Assembly (NCBI RefSeq): GCF_009914755.1
Contig: NC_060926.1
DNA: 64,000 nucleotides
Origin: the human T2T-CHM13v2.0 reference genome, Homo sapiens
Strand: one strand, 5' to 3'
The notes below the pieces were generated by a model. The model saw only the letters and a list, made by a program, of their open reading frames with translations, was not told the origin of the DNA and did no database searches. The position numbers and the translations under genes were made by a program. Position 1 is the stretch's first letter. Every line of letters starts with the position of its first letter. Positions 1 to 13,499 of the stretch are shown here, one piece after another.

Positions 1-1528
1 TGAAAAAGAGAAAAAAATAGACAACGTAATGGAGTTTCACATTATTAAGACAAAATCAGTAACAACTTGCTGACATTGAGTGAAAAAAGCAGGATACAAA
101 ATCATGATAACCAGAAAATTTGGTTAATCATGACATCCATAACCCTTCTGCTTGTGGGAAGGTCAGCTACAAGTGGCCAGGGTCTTGTCTGCCCTGATTA
201 CCAGCGGGTGTCCACAGTGCCTGACCCATGGTAACCACTCATTAAACACTTGTGTAATGATTACTTGGCTGTTAACAGATTAACAGTGTATTGACTATGA
301 TGTGTAGTTTCTTCATTTACTTGGATATCTCCTTAGAATAGATCACTCCGGGGAATTTTACTGGGTCAAAAAGTATGAATATTTTCATGGTTATTGAAAC
401 ATTTGACAACCTGCTTTCCAAATAAACCTTATAGTTTTGTACTGCCATCAGTACATTTGAGTGTACCTTTCAAAGCATAGTTCAAGCTGATACAGTGTTT
501 GCTAATTAGGGGCACTTTGAGATGTAACTCATTTGATTTCATTCACCCTGGAAGGTTGGCAGGGCAGGCATTGCTTTCCTCCTTTTGCAGCACAGCAAAC
601 TCCAGTGCTTTAAATTGACGGTAATGAATGGTAGGTGGCTAAATGATCACAGCCTTTCAGGTCCGTCTTCCTCCCAATCTCTACCTTTGGTTCATAGTGA
701 ACATCCTGAATAAATTCACCTCTTTCTTTAGCAATAAAATTGGATATTGCTTTATGGTTTTTATGGTTTACAAAATCTTCCCTTTCTCATCCTGCTCACA
801 TATTTGTAGATGGGTTCATCAAATTTGGGGAGTTGAAATAATGAAGCACAATTTAGATGAAAGAGATGATGTTGGTTAGATGTAAAGGGATGCTCTGAAC
901 CCACAAACTTACAAGATTGCCACCCTTTCTATTAGTAAAGGTCTGGAAACCGTGGATGGTGCTTTTGTATCTCCTTGAATTAATTTCCTAGTCTGTTATT
1001 CTGATTCTTTCCCATATTTGCTGGTCAGGGACCCCAAATGATTTAATACGTAATTAATCCAATAAGAAAGGGCTTTGGAAAGTCTCAAAGTTTAGTTATA
1101 ATATGTGGAACCATTGAAAATTCTTGGGGTTTATTGTAAGTGACACTGTTTATATCAAAAGTGGGCCAAAAATTGGTTTTCTACATTGCTTTCAAATTTG
1201 CTCAGCGTTCTTTAAAAAACAAACAAAAAACAGTATAGAAAAGATAGGGAAGGAGAAATGCAAACATATTGAGGCTTTGGAAATATTCAGGACTTCTTTT
1301 TGTTTTCACTCTGCTTCTTGGTTGTGATGTCAGATCACAAATAATGTTCAGTAAAAAATAAATGCTCTTTAAAGATACTTTTCAGGAATGTCTCCTTGTG
1401 TCAAGGAGTAGCTGCCTAAATATTGGGTATCAGGGAATAGCTGCCTAAATATTGGATGGGTTTAAGGCAACTGGTTCTTTAAGGAACTTTTATGTGAATC
1501 TAAATTATTTTGCTTTTGTTTTTTATAG

Positions 1529-1623
1529 TAGGATATATCTGCATCTTGAAAGGAAGATAAAACAAAAGCCTTCTTTGGAATAGATGGATTTTTGTCACTT
1601 TCTGTGTGAACTAAAGTGATTCA
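1529..1623 (+). other. STRADB: STRADB exon 2, 5' UTR portion (tandem TAGTAG acceptor; exon starts at 1529 or 1532)
   Basis: Pyrimidine tract ttttgcttttgttttttaTAG|TAG| followed by sequence continuous with ATG 1624 and donor GTAAGT at 1636. Confidence 0.85.
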
Positions 1624-1635
1624 ATGTCTCTTTTG
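1624..1635 (+). CDS. STRADB: STRADB first coding segment (MSLL), exon 2
   Basis: ATG TCT CTT TTG then GTAAGT; phase 0 join to DCFCTS gives the N-terminus MSLLDCFCTSRTQ that I recognise as STRAD-beta. Confidence 0.92.
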
Positions 1636-2212
1636 GTAAGTTTTTGTAAATATAGATCTGATTTTGTTCTGTCAGAGTAGTTGGATGTTAATGCCAAGCC
1701 ATAATAAAAGGCATATTCTGATGGGATATTCTTATGCTCTGAGATATTGTTTTGACCTGATTGACTTCTGGACTTGAGAAATGAATTACATTCTCATTGA
1801 GTTTTTCTTTCTTTCATAAAGAACTTCTCGTATACTTCAATATGTTCATTATTCTAATCTTTTGTCCCATATCTACTTTTTCTCATAGGTGTTATACTTT
1901 GATATGCCACCCACACCAGTTAGCTATGCCTTATCTTTTAAATCTTTCAGAAATTCCTTTTACAAATTTCCATCTGACCAAAAGCAAGCCAAACAGTATT
2001 AAAAATAACCCCTTTGACTTAACCGAAATAAAATCATTTGGATCAATGTATATATGAGGTATAGCTGCCAACTGGTTTTCTATTTATATTTAGATCCGTG
2101 GTATCTACTTTAGATTAAGTAGCTTGAGGACTTTCATCCTGTTTTATACATAATAATAATATTTGAATAGGGAATACTTATATTAAAATGTGGTTTTTAA
2201 AAAAGTAATGAG

Positions 2213-2495
2213 TAGCCGTGTAGTGGCTCACACCTGTAATCCCAGCATTTTTAGGGGCCAAGGCTAGAGAATCAGTTGAACCCAGGAGTTCAACACCAGC
2301 CTAGGCAACATAGTGAGATCCTGTCTGTATAAAATATTAGCCAGACGTAGTGTCATATGCCTGTAGTCTCAGCTACTCAGAGGGTTAAGGTGGGAGGATC
2401 CCTTGAACAAGGGATCAAGGCTGCAGTGAACTGTGATCATGCCATTGCATTCCAGCCTGGGTGATAGAGGGAGATCCTGTCTCAAAAAAAAAAAA
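2213..2495 (+). mobile_element. Alu (old, AluJ-like)
   Basis: Diverged Alu dimer with A tail. Confidence 0.9.
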
Positions 2496-2835
2496 GGATG
2501 AGTATATTTGTATGATGATTTATAGTTTACAAATACTTTCATATATTTCTTTCATAGTTTCAAATTGTGTAAGTTTAGCAGGGCAGGTGGCATTATCCTC
2601 ATTTTCAGTTTGTCCAAGATTGCAAAAAGTTGGAGCCAGACTCATACCTGCCAATCTATTCTATCAATTACCAAGGCTGAGAGGCAGAACTATGAAGTTA
2701 GAAGACTGGATTGTTAGTAATATGGAAAATACATAACACAGTTACTTACATGTTTAAAGTAAAGCATTACCACTTGAAAGAGAAGCTTTATATATCTGGA
2801 AAATACACGGAGGTGAAATGTTTTATTCTGTAAAG

Positions 2836-3050
2836 GAGGGATCAGCAAGCTTTTCTGTAAAGGCCAGATAGTATTTACAGACCCTTTGGTCTTTGTTACA
2901 GCTACTTTTCTGCTGAAATACTAGCATGAAAGCAGCCATAGGCAATATATAAATGAATGAATGAATGTATCTGTGTTCCAGTAAAACTTTACTCACAAAA
3001 ACAGGTGGTGGGTCAGATTTGGCTCATGGACCATAGTTTGCCGACCCTTA
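2836..3050. mobile_element. MER58A-like hAT-Charlie MITE
   Basis: TIRs gagggatcagcaagc...agtttgccgaccctta; 8-bp TSD ctgtaaag/ctctaaag. Confidence 0.85.
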
Positions 3051-3559
3051 CTCTAAAGGATTACTTAAGATTTACAATTTTATATCAATTTTTAAGTTGG
3101 AAAAGATGTGAAAGGGCATTCAGTCTATTCCCTTCATTTGATAGGCGAGAATTGTGAGATTCAAAGGGCTGTGTGTTGCCCAGGGCTTTCAAATTTTGGA
3201 AAAAGAATATCTTAGCCTATTATTCCATAATTATGGGTTTTGTGAAAAATAATAGAATGTGATAATGGGTGATTTATATCGTTAATGATTGTAACTTTAA
3301 ATCACATTTTTCTGCAATGGTGAAATATTTTAAATTCTTTGAATCGAAATATTTACTTTTTTTCCTAAACGAGAAATTTGTGCAGTTGGGATAAAGTTGA
3401 TACTTTTACTTAAGGATTCCTCCCCATTCAAGTTTTACCCTCTATTTGAGAACTAAGAAATGCTGTTTTCAAAGGAGCAGCATATGTAAAAATATCTTCT
3501 TTCAGTTTCTTTGTAAGGTCTAACTACTTTTTACTTGGCTATTATGATAATGGATAAAG

Positions 3560-3993
3560 AAATTATATTCAAAAATATTCAAAGGGAAAAGGTATGTGGG
3601 GTGAAGTTCAGAGGAAACCAGGCACAAGCTTTCAAGAATCTTTTCTCAGTGGAGTTCCATAGTATATGCACAGTTCCCCCAGAGTTGTGACATGTGAAAT
3701 GTTGTCTACTAGGGAAGCTCATTAGAGACTTGGACTTAAGGTTTTTATTGGGGACTTGTCACGTAGGCGTGCTCTGCTAGCAAGTAACAAAATTCCAGTC
3801 TCCCAGAAAAAAAGCCAGGTGTTCAGCATAAACTGTATTATTTGCACAAACAGTTTAGACACAGTGAGCGATTCTTATGAAGGGAACCTCTGCAAAATCC
3901 CAGTTCCCAGATACTAGCCAAGGGTCAACCTTATAAGCAGCTATTTTCTAAGAATAGCAGTTTTAGGCCTGCTGTTAATTCTTCTTTTGCACA
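3560..3993. mobile_element. ERVL-class solo LTR fragment (MER68/MER77-like; subfamily uncertain)
   Basis: Recalled motifs gaggaaaccaggcacaagctt, agggaagctcattagagact; ends tgcaca. Confidence 0.6.
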
Positions 3994-4520
3994 GTGGTAT
4001 TAATGGTCGTTGTGAAAAATTCAAGCTAAATGTTGTAAAAATATATAAATACCAAACAATATATAAATGTCCTGCCCAGCTGGTGGATATTTTCAATATG
4101 AACAACAGTAATAAGTATCTTCAAAAACTGTTTTATTATAAATGTTATTCACCCTAGGAAGCCATTAGAAACTCTGCAGAGGAATCAGTTGTACAGCTAT
4201 CTTGACATTGTTAGCGTCTATTCTTCAGGGTGAGTTTTACATAAAACAGTGGGAATATATACCAAATTTTTGTAATAGATTTATAAAGTATACAGACTGT
4301 AGGAATTCAAGTTAAAATAATCAGTAATGAAGGCTAACTGGGACAATGACTAGTTTGATTAGTGAGAAATTCTGGCATATCTTAAAAGGAAATTTATATT
4401 TAAGTAATTGACTACAAAGTGTTAAGTAGACATAGGTAGACATATCTTAAGAGACTCATTTGATATTGTACTTTAATGTTAATATAAAAATAAGATGCTT
4501 GAAATGAAAAATTCTGAAAT

Positions 4521-4813
4521 GGCTGTGGTGGCTCACGCCTATAATCCCAGCACTTTGGAAGGCTGAGGTGGGCGGAACACTTGATTGAGGTCAGGAGTCT
4601 GAAACCAGCCTGGCCAACATGGTGAAATCCCATCTCTACTAAAAATACAAAAATTAGCGGGGCGTGGTGGCAGGTGCCTGTAATCCCAGCTACTCAGGAA
4701 GTTGAGGCAGGAGAATTGCTTGAACCCAGGAGGCAGAGGTTGCATCAAGCCAAGATTGCACCACTGCACTCTAGCCTGGGTGACAGACTGAGACTCCGTC
4801 TCAAAAAAAAAAA
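4521..4813 (+). mobile_element. Alu (AluS-like)
   Basis: Full dimer with A tail. Confidence 0.95.
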
Positions 4814-5562
4814 GAAAGAAATTTTTTCAAATATTGAAGTTATCTTGTTATAAAAGCCTCTCATACAATGTGTTTATACTTTTCTTTTGACATACTTTTT
4901 CTTCCTAAATAGTATGTCAGCTTCACCCCACTGATTGATGATGTGATAAATCACATGTAGGTGTTACATTTCTTTATTGGCAATAAATAATAATAGAACC
5001 ATGGGTTAATATGCAGAAAAATGTAAATTGCGATAATAAAAGTAAGTCTCTTTTAATTTGCTTTGAGTTATAATTAGAGATGTTTATCACCTTTAAAAAC
5101 AATTATTTTTTCACTCAATATGTGGCTTAATGTGAATAAACATGGTTTCTATACTTAAGATAGCTGAGGATCAAAATAAAAATAATTATAATGAATTCAG
5201 CAGAATAATCTTTGGCTAAATATTCAGAAGAAAACCTCAGTGATGTTGACAGACAGAGTTAAAAATTAACACCAACAGTTAAAATGAATTATTATGACAT
5301 CAAGAAAAGAGGGCAAGGATCAGTGATAGCACCAAATAAAATTCTCACATATATGAAGTTTGTCTGCATGCCCAGCCACTTCTCCCTTCTCTCCCATGCT
5401 GAGTTCCTCATGATGTGGATCCTGGCTTCAATTCCAAGTTTCTGCAAGTTGCCCTTCCTCTCTTTTCCCCACTGTAGTCATTAGACCTTTTTGTATCTAC
5501 ATACCACCCCTGCTTATCCTGTAACTTATTTTTCACTTATATAATGCATTTCTGACTTCCAG

Positions 5563-5804
<242 letters not shown>

Positions 5805-5829
5805 CTAACTTTGCCTTCTGTAATACTAT

Positions 5830-6720
5830 TCACTCCTACTTCTCTTCTATTTCTTTTTCTTTACAGTGTCCTTTACTATTTCTTCCTCCTGCCATTTTCC
5901 AGGAGTCTATAACTGGCCATTTCTCTTCTTCCTAAAGTGGCTCTTCCTAAAGTGGCTCTTCCTAAGCAGTTTCACCTATTCCTATGACTTCAGTTGCTCA
6001 GATTTCAGATTGTCCTGGAGTTACCACAGGTTTCCTGAGGGGACCCTGGCATCAAGCAGAACTGATGCTTCTCAGATTTTTACCTGCAACCCCAGACTCT
6101 TTCCTGGGCAACAGACGTGTCTCTAGAATACCTCCAATTGGATTTTTCTAAGGCATCTCTACTCAGTTTGAATAAAACCTTAATCTTCTTTCAAACCCAC
6201 CAACTCATGGTATTTCCTACTTTGTCTAATGAAAACTCATCTACTATGTCATCCTAACTAAAAACTTTAGAGTTATCCTCACACGGCCTCTACCTCTGTC
6301 CCCATATTTATTATCTGTCTCTGAAATGCCCTGGGGTCTATCCCCTACTTCACATGAGCACTGCTACTGCTCAGGTCTCATTGTCTCTCACCTGGGCTCT
6401 TGCAGGTGGACTCCTTGCCTCTAGGCTCCTAGACACACACATAGTCTTCTCCCACCACTCACATCTGTTCAGTGTTCAGTAATGCTACCAATACAGGCCT
6501 GCTTGTATTGCTTTCCAGCTTTGAAACTTCCATTGGCTTCCTAAAGCCTATGGGATAAAGTCTAAATTAGCATAATATGAGGGCTCTTACTGGTGTAGAA
6601 TATGTCTTAGTTTCATTCTCTACTTGAGATACTCTTCTTTCTTTTCTGCCTCTGAAATTCTTCCATAAAGAATTGGTTCAAATATTGTATCTGTGAAGCC
6701 TTTCCACTTACACTTTTTAT
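5830..6720 (+). mobile_element. L2 LINE remnant (boundaries approximate)
   Basis: ctgatgcttctcagatttttacctgcaacccagactct resembles the L2 RT 3' region. Confidence 0.6.
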
Positions 6721-7949
6721 TTGGTTCTGCTCCCGTGTATCTTAGATATATCTAAGGATATTTCTTTGGGATCTTTTCCTCTCCTTATTCCGTACTTTAT
6801 ACTGCATTTTTTACTACAGAATGGAACCTACCTTGCAAATGCCTTATTCACTACAAAATTAGTGAATCCCAGTTAATTTTGCTTATAATTTAACCCCCAG
6901 TCCTATCTTCAGCTGTCTTTATTTCTGTTATTTGGCTTTTTATTCATTAATACCCTAGTCTTCTGGTTACCTGTCTCTTCATAAAATAGGAAGTAGTATC
7001 TGAGGGGTTTTTTAAAAAAAAATTTGGAGTACATAGAAGATGTATATATTTATGGGGTACCTGAGATATTTTGATACAGACATATGATATGTAATAATTA
7101 CTAAATGGGTAAATGGTTTATCTATCACTTTAAGCATAAATCATTTCTTTGTGTTATAAACATTCCAATTATACTTTCAGTTATTTTAAAATGTATAATA
7201 AGTTATTGTTGACTGTAGTCACTCTGTCATGTTATCAAATACTAGATCTTACTCATTCTATCTAACTATATTTTTGTACTCATTAACCATCTCCACTCTG
7301 CCCTGCACCCCTTCTTGGCCTCTATTCTCTATCTCCATGAGTTCAATTGTTTTAATTTTTAGCTCCCACAGGTGAGTGACATGTGAAGTTTGTCTTTCTG
7401 GGCCTGCCATATTTCACTTAACATAGTGTCCTTCACTTCCATCCATGTTGTTGCAAATGGTAGTATCTCATTCTTTTTTGTGGCTAAATAGTATTCCATT
7501 GTACATATGTACCACATTTTCTTTATCCATTCATCTGTTGATAGACACTTAAGTTTCTTCCAAGTCTTGGCTATTGTCAGTAGTGCTGCAATAAACATGG
7601 ATGTGTATATATCTCTTCAATATACTGATTTCTTTTCTTTTGGATATATACCTATCAGTGGGATCGCTGGATCATATGGTAGTTTTTTTTTTTTTTTTTT
7701 AGTTTTTTGAGGAACCTCCATACTGTTCTCTATAGTGGTTGTACTAATTTGCATCATCACCAACAGCATATGAGGATTCTCTTTTCTCCATATCCTCACC
7801 AGCATTTGTTATTGCCTGTCTTTTGGATAAAAGCCATTTTAACTAGGGTGAGATGATATTCCCTTGTAGTTTTGATTTGCATTTCTCTGATGATCAGTGA
7901 TGTTGGGCACTTTTTCATGTACCTGTTTGCCATTTGTATGTCATCTTTT

Positions 7950-8245
7950 AAAAAAAATTATTTTTATTTCTATTTTTTTTAGAGATGGCATCTTGCTTTG
8001 CCACCCAGCTGCACTGCAGTGGTGTAATCATAGCTCACAGCAGCCTTGAACTCCTGGGTTCAAGCAATCCTTTCACCTCAGGTTATTGATAAGCTATGAC
8101 TACAGGTGTGTATTACCACACCCAGCTAATTAAAAGAGGTCTCACTATGTTGACCAGGCCGATCTTGAACTCCTAGCCTCAAGTGATCCTCCCACCTCAG
8201 CCTCCCAGAGTATTGGGCTTACAGTCTGAGCCAATGTGCCCAGAA
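7950..8245 (-). mobile_element. Alu (AluJ-like) inserted in L1
   Basis: Antisense dimer; TSD tgtatgtc(a/t)tcttt. Confidence 0.85.
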
Positions 8246-9832
8246 CTGTATGTCTTCTTTTGAGAAATGTTTATTTCTAGATCTTTTGCCCATTTTTAAA
8301 TCAGATTGTTAGATTTTTTAAATTGGATTGTTTGAGCTCCTTATATATTCTGGTTATTAATCCCTTATCAGATGGGTAATTTGCAAATATTTTCTCCCAT
8401 TCTGTGGGTTGTCTCTTCACTTTGTTTTTTCTTTTGCTGTGCAGAAGCTTTTTAACTTGCTGTGATCTCATTTGTCCATTTTTGCTTGATTGCCTCTACT
8501 TTTGGGGTATAACTCAATTAATCTTTGCCCAGACCAATTTCCTGGACAGCTTCCTCCATCTTTTCTTGTAGTGATTTCATAGTTTGAGGTCTTAGATTTA
8601 AGTCTTTAATCCATTTCAATTTTATTTTTTAATATAGCAAGAGATAGGGGTCTACTTTCATTCTTCTGCATACGAATATCCAGTTTTCCCAGCACCACTT
8701 ATTGAAGAGACTATCCTTTCCCCAGTGTATGTTCTTGGCTTCTTTGTCAAAAATGAGTTCACTGTAGTATGGATTTATTTCTGAGTTCTCTGTTCTGTTC
8801 CATTGGTCTGTGTGTCTGTTTGTATACAAGTACCATGCTGTTTTGGTTATAATAGCTCTGTAGTATAATTTGAAGTGAGGTAATGTGATTCCTCCAGTTT
8901 TGTTCTTTTTGCTTAGGATTATATAATGACCTTCCATGTCTCTTTTTATAAGTTTTTCCTTGAAATTTATTTTGCCTGATATATGTGTATATCGATTCCT
9001 GTTCTTTTTCGGTTTCCATTTATATGGAATATTTTTCTTCCACTATTTATTTTCAGTCTATGAGTGTCTTTATAGGTGAAGTGTGGTTCTTGTAGGCAAC
9101 AGATAATTGAATCTTTTTTTAATCGATTCAGCTACTCTATGTCTATTCATTGGAGAGTTTAATCCATTGACATTCAGTGTTATGATTGATAAGGACTTAA
9201 CTGCTGGCTTTTGTTATTTGTTTTGTATTCTCTTCCTTCCTTCCTGTCTTCTTCTTTTTTGTGAAGTTTATTTTCTCTGGCAGTATGTTTTAGTTTCTTG
9301 TTTTTTATTTTGTTGTGTGTGTATGTGTTGTAGATTTTATGATTTGAGGTTACCATGAGGCTTGCAAATAACATAACATGTTATTTTAAAGTGACAACTT
9401 GACACTGATTGCAAAAACAAACAGGCGAAGAGAACTAATAAAAACTGTACACTTTAACTTCATTCCTCCTGTTTTTTAAGTTTTTATGGTTTCTATTTAT
9501 ATCTTCTTGTACTATTTTGAAAAGGTATTGCAGTTATCATTTGTTCATCTTTTAATCTTTCTACTAAAGATATGAGTAGTTTACACACCACAATTACAAT
9601 GTTATAATAGTCTGTTTTTATCTGTGTATTTATTACCAGTGAGTTTTGTACCTTCAGATAATTTCTTACTGCTCGTTAACAACCTTTTCTTTGAGATTGA
9701 AAAACTCCCTTTAGCATTTCTTGTAGGAGAGGTCTGGCATTGATGAAATCCCTCAGCTTTTGTTTGTCTGGGAAAGTTCTTCTTCCATGTTTGAAGGATA
9801 TTTTCACTGGATAAACTATGAAAGTTTTTCAC

Positions 9833-10155
<323 letters not shown>

Positions 10156-11374
10156 CTACTCTCTCCTGGCCTGTAAGGTTTCCACTGATAAGTCTGCTGC
10201 AAGATGTATTGGAGCCCCTTTATATGTTCTTTCTTTTTTCTTACTTCTTTTAGTATCCTTTCTTTATCCTTGACCTTTGGAAGTTTGATTGTTAAATGTC
10301 TTTTTTGGGTTAAATCTGCTGGGTGTTCCATAACCTTCTTGGATACTGGATATTGATATCTTGGATACTTGGATAACTTCTTGGATACTTGGATATTGAT
10401 ATCTTTCTCTAGGCTTGGAAAGTTCTGTGTTATTATCCCTTTGAATAAACTTTCTATTCTGATTTCTTTCTCTACCTCCTCTTCAATGCCAATAAATCTT
10501 AGATATGCCCTTTTGAGGCTGTTTTCTAGATCTTATAGGTGTGCTTCATTCTTTCATATTCTTTTTTCTTTTGTCTTCTCTGTATTTTCAAATAGCCTGT
10601 CTTCAGTCTCACTAATTCTTTCTTCTGCTTGATCAGTTTTGCTATTGAGACTCTAATGCATTCTTCAGTATGTCAGTTGAATTAGAATTTGCTTGATTTT
10701 TAAAAAATTATTTCCATCTCTTTGTTAAATTTATCTGATGGGATTCTGAATTCCTTCTCTGTGTTATCTTGAAATTTGTTGAACTTCCTCAAAACAGCTA
10801 TTTCAACTTCTCTGTCTGGAAGGTCACGTATCTCTGTCACTTCGGGATTGGTCACTGGTACCTTACTTTGCTCATTTGGTGAAATCATGTTTTCCTAGAT
10901 GTTCTTGATGCTTGTGGATGTTCATTAATGTCTGGGCATTGAAGAGTTACGTATTTATCATAGTCTTTGAAGGCTGAACTTATTTGTACCCATCCTTCTT
11001 GGGAAGGCTTTCCAAGTATTCACAGGGAATTGAGTATTGTGATCTAAGTCTTTGGTCACTGTAACTCTATCTGCATTAGGGACCACTTCAAGCCCAGCAA
11101 AACTGTGACTCTTGCAGACTCACAGAGGTACCATCTTGGTGGTCTTGGGTAAGGTCTGAGAGAATTACCTGGATTACTAGGCAGGGAATCTCGTTTTCTT
11201 CCCTTACTTTTCCCCCAAACAGTTTCTCTTTCCATGCTGAGCTGCCTGGAGCTGGGCGAGGGGTGACACAATTACCCCTGTTGCCACCACCACTAGGACT
11301 GCACTGGGTCAGACCTGAAGCTCAGCACAGCACTGGGTCTTGCCCCAGGCCTGCAGCCACCACTGCCCAGCTGG

Positions 11375-12290
11375 ATGTTCACTCAAGGATACCAAGGGCT
11401 CTTCAGTCACCAGGTGTTGAATCCAGCCAGGCTGTGTCCTTCTCTTCAGGGCAGTGAGCTCCCCACCTGGCCCTGGGTGGGTCCAGAAATGCCTTCTGGG
11501 AGCCAGGGCCATGGGTCAGGAACCTTAGGAATCTACTTTGTGCTCTATTCTACTGCAGCTGAGCTGGCACCCAAACCACAGGACAAAGTCCTTCCCATTC
11601 TTCCCTCTCCTTTCCTCAGGCAGAAGGAGTCTCTCCTCATGGCCACCATTGTCCCAGGCCCATTGCAGAGTCCTGCCTGGCTATTGCCAGTGTTCACTTG
11701 AGGCCCGAGGGCTCTTCTGTCAGCTTGTGGTGAATATTGCCAGGCCTGGGTTTCTCCCTTCAGGGCAGTGGGCTACCCTTTAGCCCAGGGCCAGTCCAGA
11801 AGTGCTATCCAGGAGCCAAGGCCTGGAATCAGGGACCCCAGGAGTCTGCTTGGTGCTCTAGCCTACTGTGGCTGAGCTGGTACCCAAGCTGCAAGACCAA
11901 GCCCCCTTTACTGTCCCCTCTCCTCTACTCAACCAGAAGGAGCCTCTACCTGTGGCCACCACAGTTGGGAATGTGCTGGTTCACACCTGAAGCCAGCATG
12001 GCCCTGAGTTTCACCCAAGGCCCACAGCAGGTACTGCCTGGATACTGTTGATGTTTATTCAAGGCGCAAGGTCTTGGTCAGCAGGTGATGGATCCTGCCA
12101 GAACTAGGTCCTTCCCTTCATGGGAGCAGTTTCCCTTCTGGCCCAGGGTGTGTCTAGAAATGTTGTCCAGGAGCTAGGGCTTGGAATGGGGGCCTCAGGA
12201 CTCTGCCTGGTACCCTATTCTACTGTGGCTGAGCTGGTATCCAAGTTGCAAGACAAAGTCCTCTTTATTCTTTCCTTTCCTCTCCCCTCC
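11375..12290 (-). repeat. Three diverged 315-360-bp monomers in the L1 5' UTR
   Basis: Units start at about 11375, 11690 and 12051; each carries ctactg(c/t)(a/g)gctgagctgg(c/t)a and a gac(a/c)aag(t/c)cc motif. Confidence 0.85.
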
Positions 12291-13499
12291 TCAAGGGAAA
12301 GGAAGGAATCTCCTGGAGCTACAAGCTGCACTGCCTGGGGTTGGAATAGGAGTGACAGAAGCACTCCCTTGGCTGCCCTGACTAGTGTCTCACTAGGTCA
12401 TGGGCCCCCCAAGTCCACTGGCTCCAAGCCCAGCACAGCACCAGGAATTGCCCTGGAATTGCAGTCCTCATGGCCTAGACTACCTTTCAAGTTTATTTAG
12501 GACCCCAGAGGGCCTCAGCCTGTGGTGGCAGACAAGGCTTGCTGGAATTCAGGTTCCAGCTGCTGGGATGGGTGATTCCCCTCTGGCTAAGGCTGATCTA
12601 AATGCTCCCTCCTTGGGCACTGGCTGCATTCTTTACTGTGTTGCTCTCTGCTGTGACAGGCAACACTGAGTTCCAGTGCAAAATCCCACAATCACTGCAC
12701 TCTCCCTCCCCGGGGGATGCGGGAGGGGAGGCATCAGCTATTCAAGACTGTCTTTCCTACCCTGCTCAGTGCCTCTTTCAGTGATAGGAAGTTAAAAACA
12801 GGTACTGTGATAGCTCACCTTATTTTTTATTCTTACAAAGGTGCCTTCTTGTTTGGATAGTTGTTCAATTTGGTGTTCCTGAAGGGTGAGGGAAGATTGC
12901 TGGAGGGTTCCATTCAGCCATCTTTATCCACCTCCCTCCCAGTCTGAGTTTTAATTTAAGTAATTCCCTTTGGGTGAGGCAGAAAGGAAAGTGATTCTTG
13001 TCTCCATGCTGTTACTGAGAGAGAGGCCTAGAACTAAGCAAACGTTCACAGCTGCCACCTGAATCCTTCAAACCTTCAGGTTGGAGCCTTTTTATAATTT
13101 AAGGATTGAAATGTCACATCTCTCTCTGTTAGTAGACTTAGACTAAAATCTTCAGTGAGAGAAGCAGAAGCATAATCTGAAGTCTCTCATGGAAAAATGA
13201 ATTGGAAAAGTTGTATAATGTAAGTTGACACCAGCTGGAAACTGGTGCCTGATGACTAGAAAAACTTCCTTGTGCGCTCTCTGAGTCATGCTGTAAAACA
13301 CCATCTGTTGTCTTTTCTTTGGACAACTTGTTCTCCATTGGCCTGGACTTTATAGATAGAATTAAATTTTATGTTAAAATATCATGTTTGGAGGACAGTC
13401 TGGTTTTCCAAGTGATTTATGTCTCCTATAACTTCGGAAACCCCTCTATCTGTAGGAAAATTCATTTTCTATAGTTAACCTTTGCAAATGAAAGGCTGT

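Noticed and set aside
1-1500. STRADB promoter or CpG island
   Set aside because: AT-rich and CpG-poor; consistent with intron 1, with the promoter upstream of the window
11056-12784. Cluster of overlapping ORFs with repeated peptides
   Set aside because: By-product of GC-richer L1 5' UTR monomers; no coherent splice or coding signal
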